DNA of 64,000 bases from Octopus sinensis (taxonomy: Eukaryota), in contig NC_043008.1 of NCBI RefSeq assembly GCF_006345805.1, forward strand, positions 12,958,001-13,022,000, read 5' to 3'. Shown piece after piece: positions 1-11,240 of the stretch. Made by a program: the position numbers and the translations under genes. A model generated the notes under the pieces. That model was given only the letters and a program-made list of their open reading frames with translations. It was not told where the DNA came from and ran no database searches. Positions within the stretch are counted from its first letter, which is position 1. Every line of letters begins with the position of its first letter.

Positions 1-18
1 TCTCCAGTTATAGCTGCA

Positions 19-22
19 ACAC

Positions 23-76
<54 letters not shown>

Positions 77-505
77 CACATACACATACACACACGTACA
101 TACATACATACATATATGCATATATACATACATATATGCATGAATGCATGTATACATACAGGCATGCATACATGCATACATCTAGCCTTGTCACAAACTT
201 TTCTAATTTTAATATATTATTATTATTCCTTTTACCAAATTTTCCCTGCGAGAATATATACATATGCAAAAATTCATTCATACATACATACATACATACA
301 TACATACATACATAATACGTACATATATATTTATACTTGTGTGTATATATTAATATATATATATATGTATGCATGTATACACATATGTATATATGTGTAT
401 GTGTGTGTATGTGAACGTGTCTGAAACATTTACCACACACCGCCCACAAATATTTATATACCCCCATGTGCTATGGACACGGCGTAAATATTTATACAAA
501 TATAT

Positions 506-589
<84 letters not shown>

Positions 590-620
590 TATATATACAT
601 ATACATATACATATACGAAT
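19..620. repeat. Compound microsatellite block (CA)n/(TACA)n/(TA)n
   Basis: Directly visible di- and tetranucleotide runs; overlapping ORFs are HT/YI-repeat translations. Confidence 0.95.
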
Positions 621-2573
621 GTCAGAGCAATCATATTTTCCATACAAACACAGACGCAGGCACAAACAAAGACATCCTCACACACTCCGAATCCTCCACA
701 TACAGATACTCTTAAATACAATCTCACATGAACTCATAGTTGACTGCACACTGTCAGGAAATGCTTAAAACAGGAGGATAAAAATGTTTATTCAATATAA
801 CCATTTCAGCTTGAAGATGTAGCTTCTAATTTCGTAATGTTAATATCTTGATTTTCAAGCTGGTTGACTTCAAGGATATTTCGAGATGTTACCGAGGTTG
901 TTTGTGTTGTAAACCATATATTTCACCAGATCATTTGCTACGAAAATATGTCGCAACTTTTATGATATTACTGTAGTTGCAATCAATATCAGATATTCGT
1001 TTCTGTAGATAACGAAGCTAATATTCTTACTTGTCACGCCGACAGTAAATCGAAAAGATGAAAAGTCTTATTTTACGCTAATCTAAGTATTTTACTCGCA
1101 TTACACGGCATTACACGACATGATAGATAATACGCTATCTGTCGTTGTACATTTCTTATTGAAACGTTCAGAATGTATAACATATCAACAAGCTTGTTGA
1201 TCCTTAAATATATTCCCCAGATATTCAGACTGAAATATAAACAAGCTTGTTGTTGATATAGTAATTCTTTAGCTCCATATTAGTCGTATAATCCAGGAAT
1301 TCCAGCTGTGACCATCCTGTCTCCATACTGTCTGCAGAGACCCAAAACCATATTGTGTAACAACGTGTTTCCTATGTCGATAGGGTGTGATTTTAGGCAG
1401 ACTCTCCTGTTTCTTTCAGGGCAAAAGGACGCGTAGAGATTTTCCAGTTGGCTTCTTTTAGATTGTTGTTATTGATGGAAATCATTCCAGCAGTATCAAC
1501 TCTGTAATGTAATGTATCTGTTTACCACCGCATGGGGGAGCTAAATGCAGCGAGCTAAGAGAATCATAAACGAGTCGATGAAAACGCTTAGCGACGTATG
1601 ACCCCAACTCTTAATGTTTTAAATTTAAATTTTATCGAGGTCTCCTTTGCCTTTCAACCCCTCGGGACTTATAGAACGAAGCACCCATCAAATACTGATT
1701 GTAATGTAATCGATTTGTCCCCTCCCATCAAAATAGCTGTTATTGAATCCAGCAACAAGCCGGTAAGCTGTTCAGATAATGTAGTGATCTCAGGCACTTT
1801 TATACCATGGAGACTGGTCAACAAGTTTTGTGTCCTCGGTTTTAATGAAAAATAGCGTAGTTAATGACCTCCTAATATGCAACAAAACACGTCTTTTGGT
1901 CCGAAAAACAGGGTGGAGTGAGGTGGAAGACTCGGAAATTTCATCCCATTGATCTTTTCACCACCACGATTCTCATTAAGAGAAAATAAACTCTGATTTT
2001 TGGCATGGAATCAAATACCCCGTCCTCCTAATACGCTGCAAATCACTTCGTTTTGTCAGAAAAAGAGGGAGGTAGAGGAACCGGATCCCAGCCCCATATC
2101 CCTCAATCATTGGATATCTTAAAATTATATTTTACTTTGTATAATTTTTAGCTTTGTTTTTCTTTTTCCTTCATATCTGGCCATTGTTTCAGGCTTAGCT
2201 TTATGAGTGTTGGTTTCCTTTCAAGACTTCAAATATCTTCCGCTACATTTTCCCCCTTCTACGTTATCATTTGTACTGATTTCCCAATTATTAGAGGTGG
2301 AGATGTTTTCGAGAATTATCAGGGCATCTGTTAAAATACTTTGCAGTGTTTATTCTGATTTCCTGCCTCGAGATCAACTTTAAAAAGCAACCATTTCGTA
2401 AATTTAAATTTGAATTTCTAGTATCCTATTTCAGACCTCCCTGCTTCGCTGCCGGCGCTTGCTTAGTCAAATCTCTATACAATTACCTTTAATAAAGTTC
2501 TATATTTAAGAGATGGGTAATTATGTACATTATTTACATTTGACGGATATTTGTCCTCGTCTTGTTTGTTGTT

Positions 2574-2619
2574 AACACAACGTTTCGATTGATATACTCT
2601 CCAGCCTTCATCAGGTGTC
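2574..2619 (-). ncRNA. Minimal type-I hammerhead ribozyme motif
   Basis: Minus strand reads GACAC-CUGAUGA-A-GGCUG-gagaguauau-CAAUC-GAAA-CG-UU-GUGUU: full core, stem I GACAC/GUGUU, stem II with one mismatch, palindromic ACGU stem III as in Penelope-associated minimal HHRs. Confidence 0.75.
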
Positions 2620-2727
2620 TTGGGGAAATTTCGAACCTGGGTTCTCATCCCTATGGGCATATGGCTATTAACCCCAAGATTCCGATTCCGATCCCAGGTA
2701 GTGAACTGAATAATAATAATAATAATA

Positions 2728-2783
<56 letters not shown>

Positions 2784-2828
2784 TAATAATAATAATAATA
2801 ATATAATAATAATAATAATAATATAATA

Positions 2829-2870
<42 letters not shown>

Positions 2871-2876
2871 TAATTA

Positions 2877-3420
2877 TGCCAACATTATGGAATAACAACA
2901 GAAAAAAGATGGTATAGGCACACACCAGAAAAGGTCACAGAAAGCGAGAAAGCAACCATACTCTGGGATATACCGATACACACAGATAGAGAAATTAAGG
3001 CCAACAGACCAGATATAGTTGTCAGAGACCATGAAGAAAAAAATGCTTTCTAATTGATGTATCAATACCGGCAGATGACAACGTGTCTCTAAAAGAAATG
3101 GAGAAACTCTCAAAATACAAAGACCTGGAAATAGAGGTAACTAGAATGTGGAATCTGAAAACAGAAACAATTCCTATCATAGTAGGTGCATTAGGCATGA
3201 TAAAAAAATATTCAGACAAATACATAACAAAAACACCAGGACTTACAAACACATATAACGTACAGAAAATTGCACTACTAGGCACTGCACACATCCTACG
3301 CAGAACACTTTCCATACAATAACCATCAGAGCATCACAACAAATCACAGCACATACCCAAGGCACACAGAGCTGCGCTCGGTAGTGAAGTGAAAGCACGC
3401 TATAAAAATAAAACTCCTGA
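2877..3420 (+). mobile_element. 5'-truncated R4/Dong-clade non-LTR retrotransposon (RLE domain + 3' UTR) in (TAA)n
   Basis: Translates as ...ILWDIPIHTDREIKANRPDIVV...(frameshift)FLIDVSIP...KEMEKLSKYKDL...IPIIVGALG...QKIALLGTAHILRR, a PD-(D/E)xK restriction-like endonuclease C-terminus. Flanked by TAA repeats on both sides, the known Dong target. Confidence 0.85.
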
Positions 3421-3474
3421 ATAATAATGATAATAATAACAACAACAACAAAAACAACAACAACAACAACAATA

Positions 3475-3531
<57 letters not shown>

Positions 3532-3606
3532 TCAACAACAATAACAACAACAACTACAACATCAAAAAATACATTAGGAATGAGAAAACATGTTCGAAAT
3601 TTCCCC

Positions 3607-3654
3607 AAGATACCTGACGAAGGCTGGAGGGTATGTTAGCCGAAACGTTGTCTT
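3607..3654 (+). ncRNA. Minimal type-I hammerhead ribozyme motif
   Basis: AAGAUAC-CUGACGA-A-GGCUG-gaggguaugu-UAGCC-GAAA-CG-UU-GUCUU; intact core, 5-bp stem II (one G-U), palindromic stem III, imperfect stem I. Confidence 0.75.
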
Positions 3655-5393
3655 AACAACAAAGAAAATGAGGACCAATAACCGTCAAATGTAAATAATG
3701 TACAATTCTCTTACACACACATATATATATATATATATAAAATTATTTCTATATATAATTATATATATAGTTATAGTTATATATATTATATATATATATA
3801 TATAAAATTATTTCTATATATAATTATATATATAGTTATAGTTATATATATATATATATATATATATACTTCTAATTATATATATATACGTATATATATG
3901 TGTGTGTGCAAATATAATGTATGTCTGAGTGTGTGTGTTGTGTGTGTGCGCGTGTATGGTGGGGTTACGTTTGATTTTACATGTGCGCGTGTGTGTATGT
4001 AGATGTTTATATACTTTATACACATGCGCAAACATTGGAGAAATCACGTATGTGGAATGAAACATTCGTGTTTCAAGTCTACATGATGCGTTCAGTTGAA
4101 GATAATAGCTAAATATGAACAATTCCATCTCATTTAATTTTTCGCCAATGCTTTCTTTTGGGTGGGGGAGAAAACAATGATGGCGGCGGTGGTGGCGCCA
4201 GGTGTAAGATGTTTACAACCAATTTTTGTAGTAAAGTAAAAATTCAGCAAGTGGGTTGGTTCAACGCCAAGAAATATATATGTGCTGTTTATTGTAAACA
4301 AGAATCAAGATGAAGTTTTGTTTTTAGTTGCAGAAGAACTCTCTAAGCATGATGAATGAAACGGACTACCCCTCCACCTTCTCCTTTTCCTCCTCGTCAG
4401 CATTAGCATCAGCATCATCATCATCATCATCATTATCATTACCACCATCATTATAGTCCTCGTAGACTTCACCCTCAAAAGACCCGGCACTACTACCAGC
4501 GCCTCAACCACCACTACTACTATCATTATCATGATAGCCGTAGTGGCATAAGCAAATGTTAAAATTCCTCCTTTATGATATCTGCCAAAAACAACATCAA
4601 ATCACGCCTGTATATCATCTAGCAACAGGCATATCAATTTGTTTTTCAAAACACGCCGAAAAACATAAACGCAAATTTCATCAATCAACATCATCGATTT
4701 TTTTTTCTCCGTTCATATTGTTGTCGCGCTTTTATGAAGTATTTCGATTTTCAATTTTTCAAAGGGTCATTCATATTTCACAAAACGTCCCAAATATCAA
4801 AGTATCGACATATAACTCTTTTCATGTCACTTATTTTCAAAGGAGGGGTTGCAAATAATAAAAATTCAAAATGATTCAAAACTTGTGTTTGTTGATACAA
4901 TGGCATGTTTTGTTGATGTTGTAGAATTTACCATTTATATATATATATAGTGTAACTCACATTATTTTTGCGGTTGTACATGGAGACGGCTTGCTTATGC
5001 CTTCGAAATATAAAGGCTAAAGTCACAACCCTGAACGCGAGCAAAAATTTTATCTGATCATTGAATAGTCGGTCAGAAGGTTTAAGCTAAAAGCAACAAT
5101 TAACTTATATGCACAGTTAAAATGAGTCCTAATTCACATCACATGATATGTTCATGTATACATGCAAATTTTATATGTCTGCGTGATCTCGGCTGACCTG
5201 TGTCTTAAAAGCAACAATCGCGAAGAGAGTATAATGGAAGATTTAAATAATAAACTAATATACGACAATATCAAATTGGCACAATACAGGGAGACAATAT
5301 GTGCCGCCAATAAGAAGAATTACCAAAGTAACGTCAACAAGAGATTTCGCATATAAAAGCAGAAAGTGAAATATTAATTTTATATAGTATTCT

Positions 5394-5790
5394 AAGGCGG
5401 CGAACTGGCAGAATTCTTACCACTCCGGACGAAATGCTTGGCGGCATTTCGTCTGCCGCTACGTTCTGAGTTGAAAATCTTCCGAGGTCGACCTTGCCTG
5501 CCATACTTTCGGGGTCGATAAATTAAGTACCAGTTACGCACTGGTGTCAATATATTCGACTTAATCCGTTTGTCTTTCCTTGTTCGTCCCCTCTGTGTTT
5601 AGGCCCTTGTGGGTACTAAAGAAATAGGCATTTCGCCCCTCTTTACGTTCTGAGTTCAAATTCTGCCATGGTCGACTTTACATTTCATCCTTTCGGGGTT
5701 GATGAAACAAGTACCAGTTGAATACTGGGGTTGATCTAATCGATTTGTTCCCTCCAAGAAATTGCTTGCCTTTTGCCAAAGTCTGATACC
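5394..5790 (+). mobile_element. SINE family C (Meta-domain-like), dimeric
   Basis: Head AAGGCGGCGAACTGGCAGAAT, B-box-like GAGTTCAAATTC, central TTTCATCCTTTCGGGGTYGAT...AAGTACCAG resembling the MetaSINE/Sauria-SINE domain; the body occurs twice. Confidence 0.8.
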
Positions 5791-6425
5791 AATATGATAC
5801 AGAACTGTGTCAAACTCTATCACGACCGTGCAGTGACTGCTAACTTATTTTTGTTAAATGAAGAGAGTCAAATAATTTTAGTTAATTAGAATTACCGTAA
5901 GAAGGTAGAAAGGAGAACTGAGGTTCTATGAATATCGTTGATGAAATCACGAGGGCAAATGAGTAACAACTGCGAAATTTTAATCAACTGGAATTTTAAT
6001 TAACTATACCCTCTAAGGAGATTAAAACAATAAATTGAGAAAAAGTATTCTTTTAATCTAATCGTTGAGAAACATGAAGTCAACTTCGGAGAAAGTTCAT
6101 CTCGATAAACTTTCTGAATAAAGCTTTGCCAGTTCAGAATCTACTAGATCTTGTGATATTAAGAGGATTTAGCAGTCTACTGCTAGACGTATACCTTTTC
6201 AAGCTTGAAGTTTATTGGTCGTACCAGTGGTTCGTTAAAATTACTGACCGGGCCACTCTTTCAATCACATATATCACTTTTACCAGATGATTCACGTGGA
6301 GCAAAGTGGATTTAAATAACTTTCATAGAGACAATCGCACTTTGATCCCTCTATCGACCGAAAACTGAACCAATACTTTAATAATTAAGAGCTATAGGGT
6401 CAGTCATAATACAACACCTTATTTA

Positions 6426-6809
6426 TGGAAGCACTCTGTCGGTTACGACGACGAGGGTTCCGGTTGATCCGATCAACGGAACAGCCTGCTCGTGAAATTA
6501 ACGTGTAAGTGGCTGAGCACTCCACAGACACGTGCACCCTTAACGTAGTTCTCGGGGATATTCAGCGTGACACAGAGAGTGACAAGGCAGGCCCTTTGAA
6601 ATACAGGTACAACAGAAACAGGAAGTAAGAGTGAGAGAAAGTTGTGGTGAAAGAGTACAGTAGGGGTCACCACCATCCCCTGCCGGAGCCTCGTGGAGCT
6701 TTAGGTGTTTTCGCTCAATAAACACTCACAACGCCCGGTCTGGGATTCGAAACCGCGATCCTACGACCGCGAGTCCGCTGCCCTAACCACTGGGCCATTG
6801 CGCCTCCAC
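6426..6809 (-). mobile_element. SINE family A (tRNA-Arg-like head, ~385 bp), full length
   Basis: Minus strand begins GTGGAGGCGCAATGGCCCAGTGG (A box), anticodon-like TCG, B box GGTTTCGAATCCC. TSD-like ACCTYATTTAT on both sides; near-identical to four other copies in the window. Confidence 0.9.
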
Positions 6810-6949
6810 GACCTCATTTATACTGCTGAGCTGTTTGTTTTGACCGATAGCTAAACAATAACATTTCTATATTTGCTAAATACCACTCATCATATATATA
6901 TGCATAGCGAAAAGCCAGTTAATGCCCAAGTGACAGTGTGGGAAAGGTA

Positions 6950-7635
6950 GAGTTTTCCAGAACGATCTTCGTCTACTGAGAAGTAGAGTCCGGCTCAGAA
7001 TTTGTAGAACCATCGTTGACACTGGCTTACGCTTATTGTCTGAGCCCCCTATACTCCATTAATATTCCTCGTACTTCCCGTTGCGTTGTTGCCTTTATTG
7101 AACTCACAGAGAAAAATATGCTGAATATGTTTCTTTGTTCCTTCCATTATAGCTTTGAGATCTCTCCACTCTGAGCGGCAGATTTTAAAAAATAAAAACA
7201 CCGCCGGAGGTTGTTGTTGACAAACAACCGTAGTAATTGTATTCACCTCAATAGACGTCAGTGATTGGTTGAAATTGCCGGAATACGAGAAATTGAACAA
7301 CAAATATCTTACAAACTACAGAATCTTCTCAAGAACGCCAAAAGAAAAAGATGTTTTATGTGACACATTCTACCAGTATACGAAGTTTAAACGTGTTTAG
7401 TTACAAAAAATTATTTTAAAAATCTGCCGGTCAAAATGAAAAGATCCTAGCTTTGAAACAATAACTGTTAAAATCGAACTGCACACTTCAAAACTTCCAC
7501 AAAGATTAAGAAGAAGGTAAAATTACCACCTGCAGTTATAGAGTGTTGATGCAGGTAGTTTATTCCATCCCCTTCTGACATTTAGTTCATGCAACTGAAA
7601 AAAGAAAACCGCATTATTTTGGGGATTTCTCAATA
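6950..7635 (-). pseudogene. Decayed mariner transposase 5' end with TIR, split by a MITE
   Basis: Minus strand gives MEGTKKHIQHIFLCEFNKGNNAT...NINGV and TISVSQCQRWFYKF...DEDRSGK (mariner N-terminal HTH); TIR-like AAAACCGCATTATTTT...CAATA at ~7606-7635. Confidence 0.75.
7158..7447. mobile_element. Merlin-like MITE (290 bp)
   Basis: Imperfect TIRs AGATCTCTCCACTCTGAGCGGCAGATTTT / AAAATCTGCCGGTCAAAATGAAAAGATCC; exact 8-bp TSD TAGCTTTG at 7150-7157 and 7448-7455. (G)G...CC termini with an 8-bp TSD fit the Merlin superfamily. Confidence 0.75.
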
Positions 7636-7677
7636 CATATAAATATCTGTATGTATACATACATACATACATATATA

Positions 7678-7903
7678 TTTCTTTACTACCCACAAGGGGC
7701 TAAACACAGAGAGGACAAACAAGGACAGACAAATGGATTAAGTCGATTACATCGACCCCAGTGCGCAACTGGTACTTAATTTATCGACCCCGAAAGGATG
7801 AAAGGCAAAGTCGACCTCGGGGGAATTTGAACTCAGAAAGTAACAGCAGACGAAATACGGCTACGCATTTCGCCCGGCGTGCTAACGTTTCTGCCAGCTC
7901 ACC
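7678..7903 (-). mobile_element. SINE family C
   Basis: Reverse complement of the family C unit, including the TTTCTTTACTACCCACAAGGGGCTAAAC tail. Confidence 0.85.
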
Positions 7904-8651
7904 GTACATACATATAAGTGTATGTGCGCGTGTGCTATGTATAAACATATTGGTATGCATGCCTGGCTGGTTACTTGGTTTGTTACGCAAGAAGTTTAAT
8001 TTGTTTTGTCTAGAGATCTCTCTATTCTAATGCGAAGCCAAATTAATCAGAGTTTGCAATTATTTTGAAGAACAGAAACTCAAATTCAACAGCAAAGTTA
8101 ATTTATGCATGCAATAATTATACACTCGTTGGTTTGTGGATTAACTACTTGAATTTGAATAAAATTCTGTTAGTTATATTTAAAGCGGAAACCACTTACA
8201 GAATTAAACTAACGCAGCCGATGCTAATCTAATCGAAAAACAATGCCATTGTTTACGTATGAAGGTAATTCTTCATTTCCATACCACATCAGTCGAGCAT
8301 TTAGAACACAAGTAAAAATGCATAGATTCTAGATGAAAGATTTACTATTCTTCTAAGTATAACTGCATTTAGAGACGGCGGAATACATTATCTTGCGTAG
8401 GTTTCAGGATCGTATCTAAGTGGCTGGCAAATTGTGATGTCTATGTAAATGAGTATAGTCTAAGAGTAATGTAATTTTACACTTTGCAAGAAAAATGAGA
8501 ACTTGAAAAGAAATTATCAAATTCATAATTCGTTTCATGTTTATCTTGTTTACAGTTTTCAGTAATGGCGTAGTACAAAGTTGTAATTTAAGCTAATTAA
8601 CTGATCGAACCAAAGAAAATTTCGGCAAAGTTTTTGTATTCTCATGAGGAT

Positions 8652-9230
8652 ATTCTTTTCTACTCTACACACAAGGCGCGAAATTTTGGGGGAGGGGGCC
8701 AGTAGATTAGATCGACCCCAGTACGCAATCGGTACTTAATTTATCGACCTCGAAGGGATGAAAGGCAAAGCTGACCTCAGCGGAATTTGAACTCAGAACG
8801 TAACACCTGACGAAATACCTTTTTCTTTACTACCCACAAGGGGCTAAACACAGAGAGGACAAACAAGGACAGACAAACGGATTAAGTCAATTATATCGAC
8901 TCCAGTTCGTAACTGGTGCTTATTTAATCGACCTCGAAAGGATGAAGGGCAAAGTCGACCTCGGCGGAATTTGAACTCAGAACAAAACGGCAGGCGAAAT
9001 ACCGCTGAGCATTTCTCCCGGCGTGCTAATGTTTATGCCAGCTCGCCACCTTGAGATCAAGGATAATGGTTTCGAATTGTGACACGAGGCCAGCAGTAAC
9101 TGGGGCAGAGGGTAAGTCGATTACATCGATCGTAGTGATCAGATGGAAATTATTTTATTGACCTCAAGAGAATGAAAGAAAATGTCAGCCTTTCCGGAAT
9201 TTTACCTCAGATTGTAAAGAGCGACGAAAA
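8652..9230 (-). mobile_element. SINE family C multimer (about three units)
   Basis: Repeated CGACCTCGAARGGATGAARGGCAAAG...GGAATTTGAACTCAG blocks in the same orientation. Confidence 0.8.
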
Positions 9231-9369
9231 ATAGCTGAAAAACAGGAAAAAAAAAAACTAAATGCAGTAGAAAAGTACGAACGATTATGGTGGTGCCATG
9301 AAGTAAACACGCTTCAGATACACTCGTTTATTTATACAAACGTATCTGAGATGAAATCTGTCATAAATA

Positions 9370-9640
9370 ACAGTGACAAACGAAATATAAACCGCCGGAA
9401 GTTGTTGTTGACAAACAACAGCAGGAATTTTATTCAACTCAATACACGTCATTGATTGGTTGAAATAACCAAAATACGACAAATTTAACACGAAATAACT
9501 TCGTAAATATAAACTTTTCTCAGCAACACTAAGAGTAAAAGATGTTTTATATGACACATTCTACCCGTGTCCAAAGTTTGAAAGTGTTTAGTTACAAAAA
9601 AAAATATTTTAAAAATCTGTTGGTCAAAAGGAATAGATCC
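9370..9640. mobile_element. Second, 5'-decayed copy of the Merlin-like MITE
   Basis: Colinear similarity to 7195-7447 (ACCGCCGGAAGTTGTTGTTGACAAACAAC ... AAAAATCTGTTGGTCAAAAGGAATAGATCC). Confidence 0.75.
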
Positions 9641-9781
9641 TACTAAATTAATTATCTAGATCTAAACTGGGGATATAGTCAAAAGAGACCCATGACAACA
9701 AAGCACTTTTACAATATTCTAGTAAAGCTATTCACTTCTTTGCTAAGTTGTTTTTATTAGTAATTAATATAAAACCACGTT

Positions 9782-10170
9782 GAGGCGGTGAACTGGCAGA
9801 ATCGTTAGCACGCCGGGCTAAATGCTTAGTAGTATTTTGTCCGTCTTTAAGTTCTCGGTTCAAATTCCGTTGATTTCGACTGTCAGTTTCATCCTTTCTG
9901 AGTCGATAAAATAAGCACCAGTCGAGCATTTGGGTCGATGTAATGGACTGCCCCCTTTCCGGAATTTTCTGGTCCACCCCCGCTTAAGAACATGGCTTGC
10001 TGTGTTTACATCCCTTTAAGTTAGCAGTTCTTCGTAAGAAACCGATAGAGTAAGCATCAGGCCTAAAAATGAAAAATGCTCGGGTCGATTCATTCGATTG
10101 AAACTACTACAAAGCGGTGCCCCAGCATGGCCGCGGCCTAATGATTGAAACGCGCAAAAGACAAAAGAAG
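9782..10170 (+). mobile_element. SINE family C copy followed by the 3' half of SINE family B
   Basis: GAGGCGGTGAACTGGCAGAATCGTTAGC head at 9782; GCGGTGCCCCAGCATGGCCGC tail near 10115. Confidence 0.7.
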
Positions 10171-10572
10171 ATACTGGCCTACATAACGTTTATAATTATA
10201 TAATTCTTAACTAATAATTATTCAATGCCAAAAATAAAAATTGCTTTATTCTAGCAGAACTAACAGGCGTCACTCAAGATTTGAACATATAGAACGCGTT
10301 TTTGAGTATCTTAAACAATCTATGGTAATATTTGATGTGTTTTAGTATGAAATTATATTTGCATATATTTCATTTTAATGCAAATACATGCTAAAATTGA
10401 ATTTTACCAAGCTTCTATAATGTGTGAAAATTTTGAGTGTGTTTATAGACAGTTTTAATTTTATAACTTAAAAAGTTTAGTATCTTTAATTTTTTTTCGT
10501 ATATTTTTTTTGTTTTCTGGTAATTTTAAATTGATATACAACGGACAAAGTTAATGCAATTCTGAAAGCAGA

Positions 10573-11170
10573 ATGTTCTGTTCAAAAGGCGACGAGCTGG
10601 CAGAATCTTTAATGTATATTTCATCTGTCTATGTTTTGAGTTCAAATTCCGCCGCGGTCGACATTTCATTTCATCATTTCGGAGTCGATAAATCAGCATC
10701 TGTTACGCATTGGAATCGATATAGTTTGACTGTCCTTTTTTGTCTCCTCTATGTTTAGCCGCCTATCGGTAATAAAGGAATAAATATGTTCTGTCCAAAA
10801 GGCGGTGAGCTGGCAGAATCCTTACCACGCCAAGCGAAATACTTAAATTAAGTACCAGTTACGAACTGGGGATCGACTGACTCTCTCCCCAAAATTTCGG
10901 GCCTGTGCCTAGAATACAAAATAATGTATTTTGTTCAAAATGCAGCTAGCTGACAGAATCGTTATCATGCCGGGTGAAATGCTTAGTGGTATTTCGCCTG
11001 TCTTTACGTTCTGAGTTCAAATTCCACCGATGTCGACTTTGCCTTTGATCCTTTCGGGGTCGATAAATTAAGTACCAGTTGCGTACTGAGATCGATCTAA
11101 TCGACTGAGCCCATCCCCCAAAATTTCAGGCCTTGTGCCAAGAGTAGAAAATAATATATTCTGTTCAATA
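10573..11170 (+). mobile_element. Array of three family C SINEs separated by a repeated ~15-bp spacer
   Basis: Heads at ~10588, ~10801 and ~10941; ATGTTCTGTTCAAAA-like motif at 10573, 10786, 10926 and 11156. Confidence 0.8.
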
Positions 11171-11240
11171 AGAACTCTGATATTGTCAAAATCATTTGTT
11201 CTCCTATCTCATACCTTGATTCATAAATGATTATGCAACA

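Larger units (their letters stand above)
2496..3710. mobile_element. tRNA-(TAA)n-hammerhead element with inverted ends, locus 1 (interrupted by a Dong fragment)
   Basis: 2496-2650 is the reverse complement of ~3575-3710. A partial tRNA-like head (2660-2708) and (TAA)n/(CAA)n tracts lie between. Same layout at 26281-26710 and 32596-33504. Confidence 0.8.

Noticed and set aside
116-768. Long ORFs rich in YI/HT/CV or poly-I/L/D here and at many other tracts
   Set aside because: They are translations of stop-free microsatellites, not proteins.
6426-6809. tRNA-like sequences in SINE heads called as tRNA genes
   Set aside because: They are embedded in multi-copy SINE bodies with TSDs, and no complete acceptor stem was seen.
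10573-11170. CRISPR-like repeat-spacer pattern
   Set aside because: The 'spacers' are homologous SINE units in eukaryotic DNA; no cas genes.
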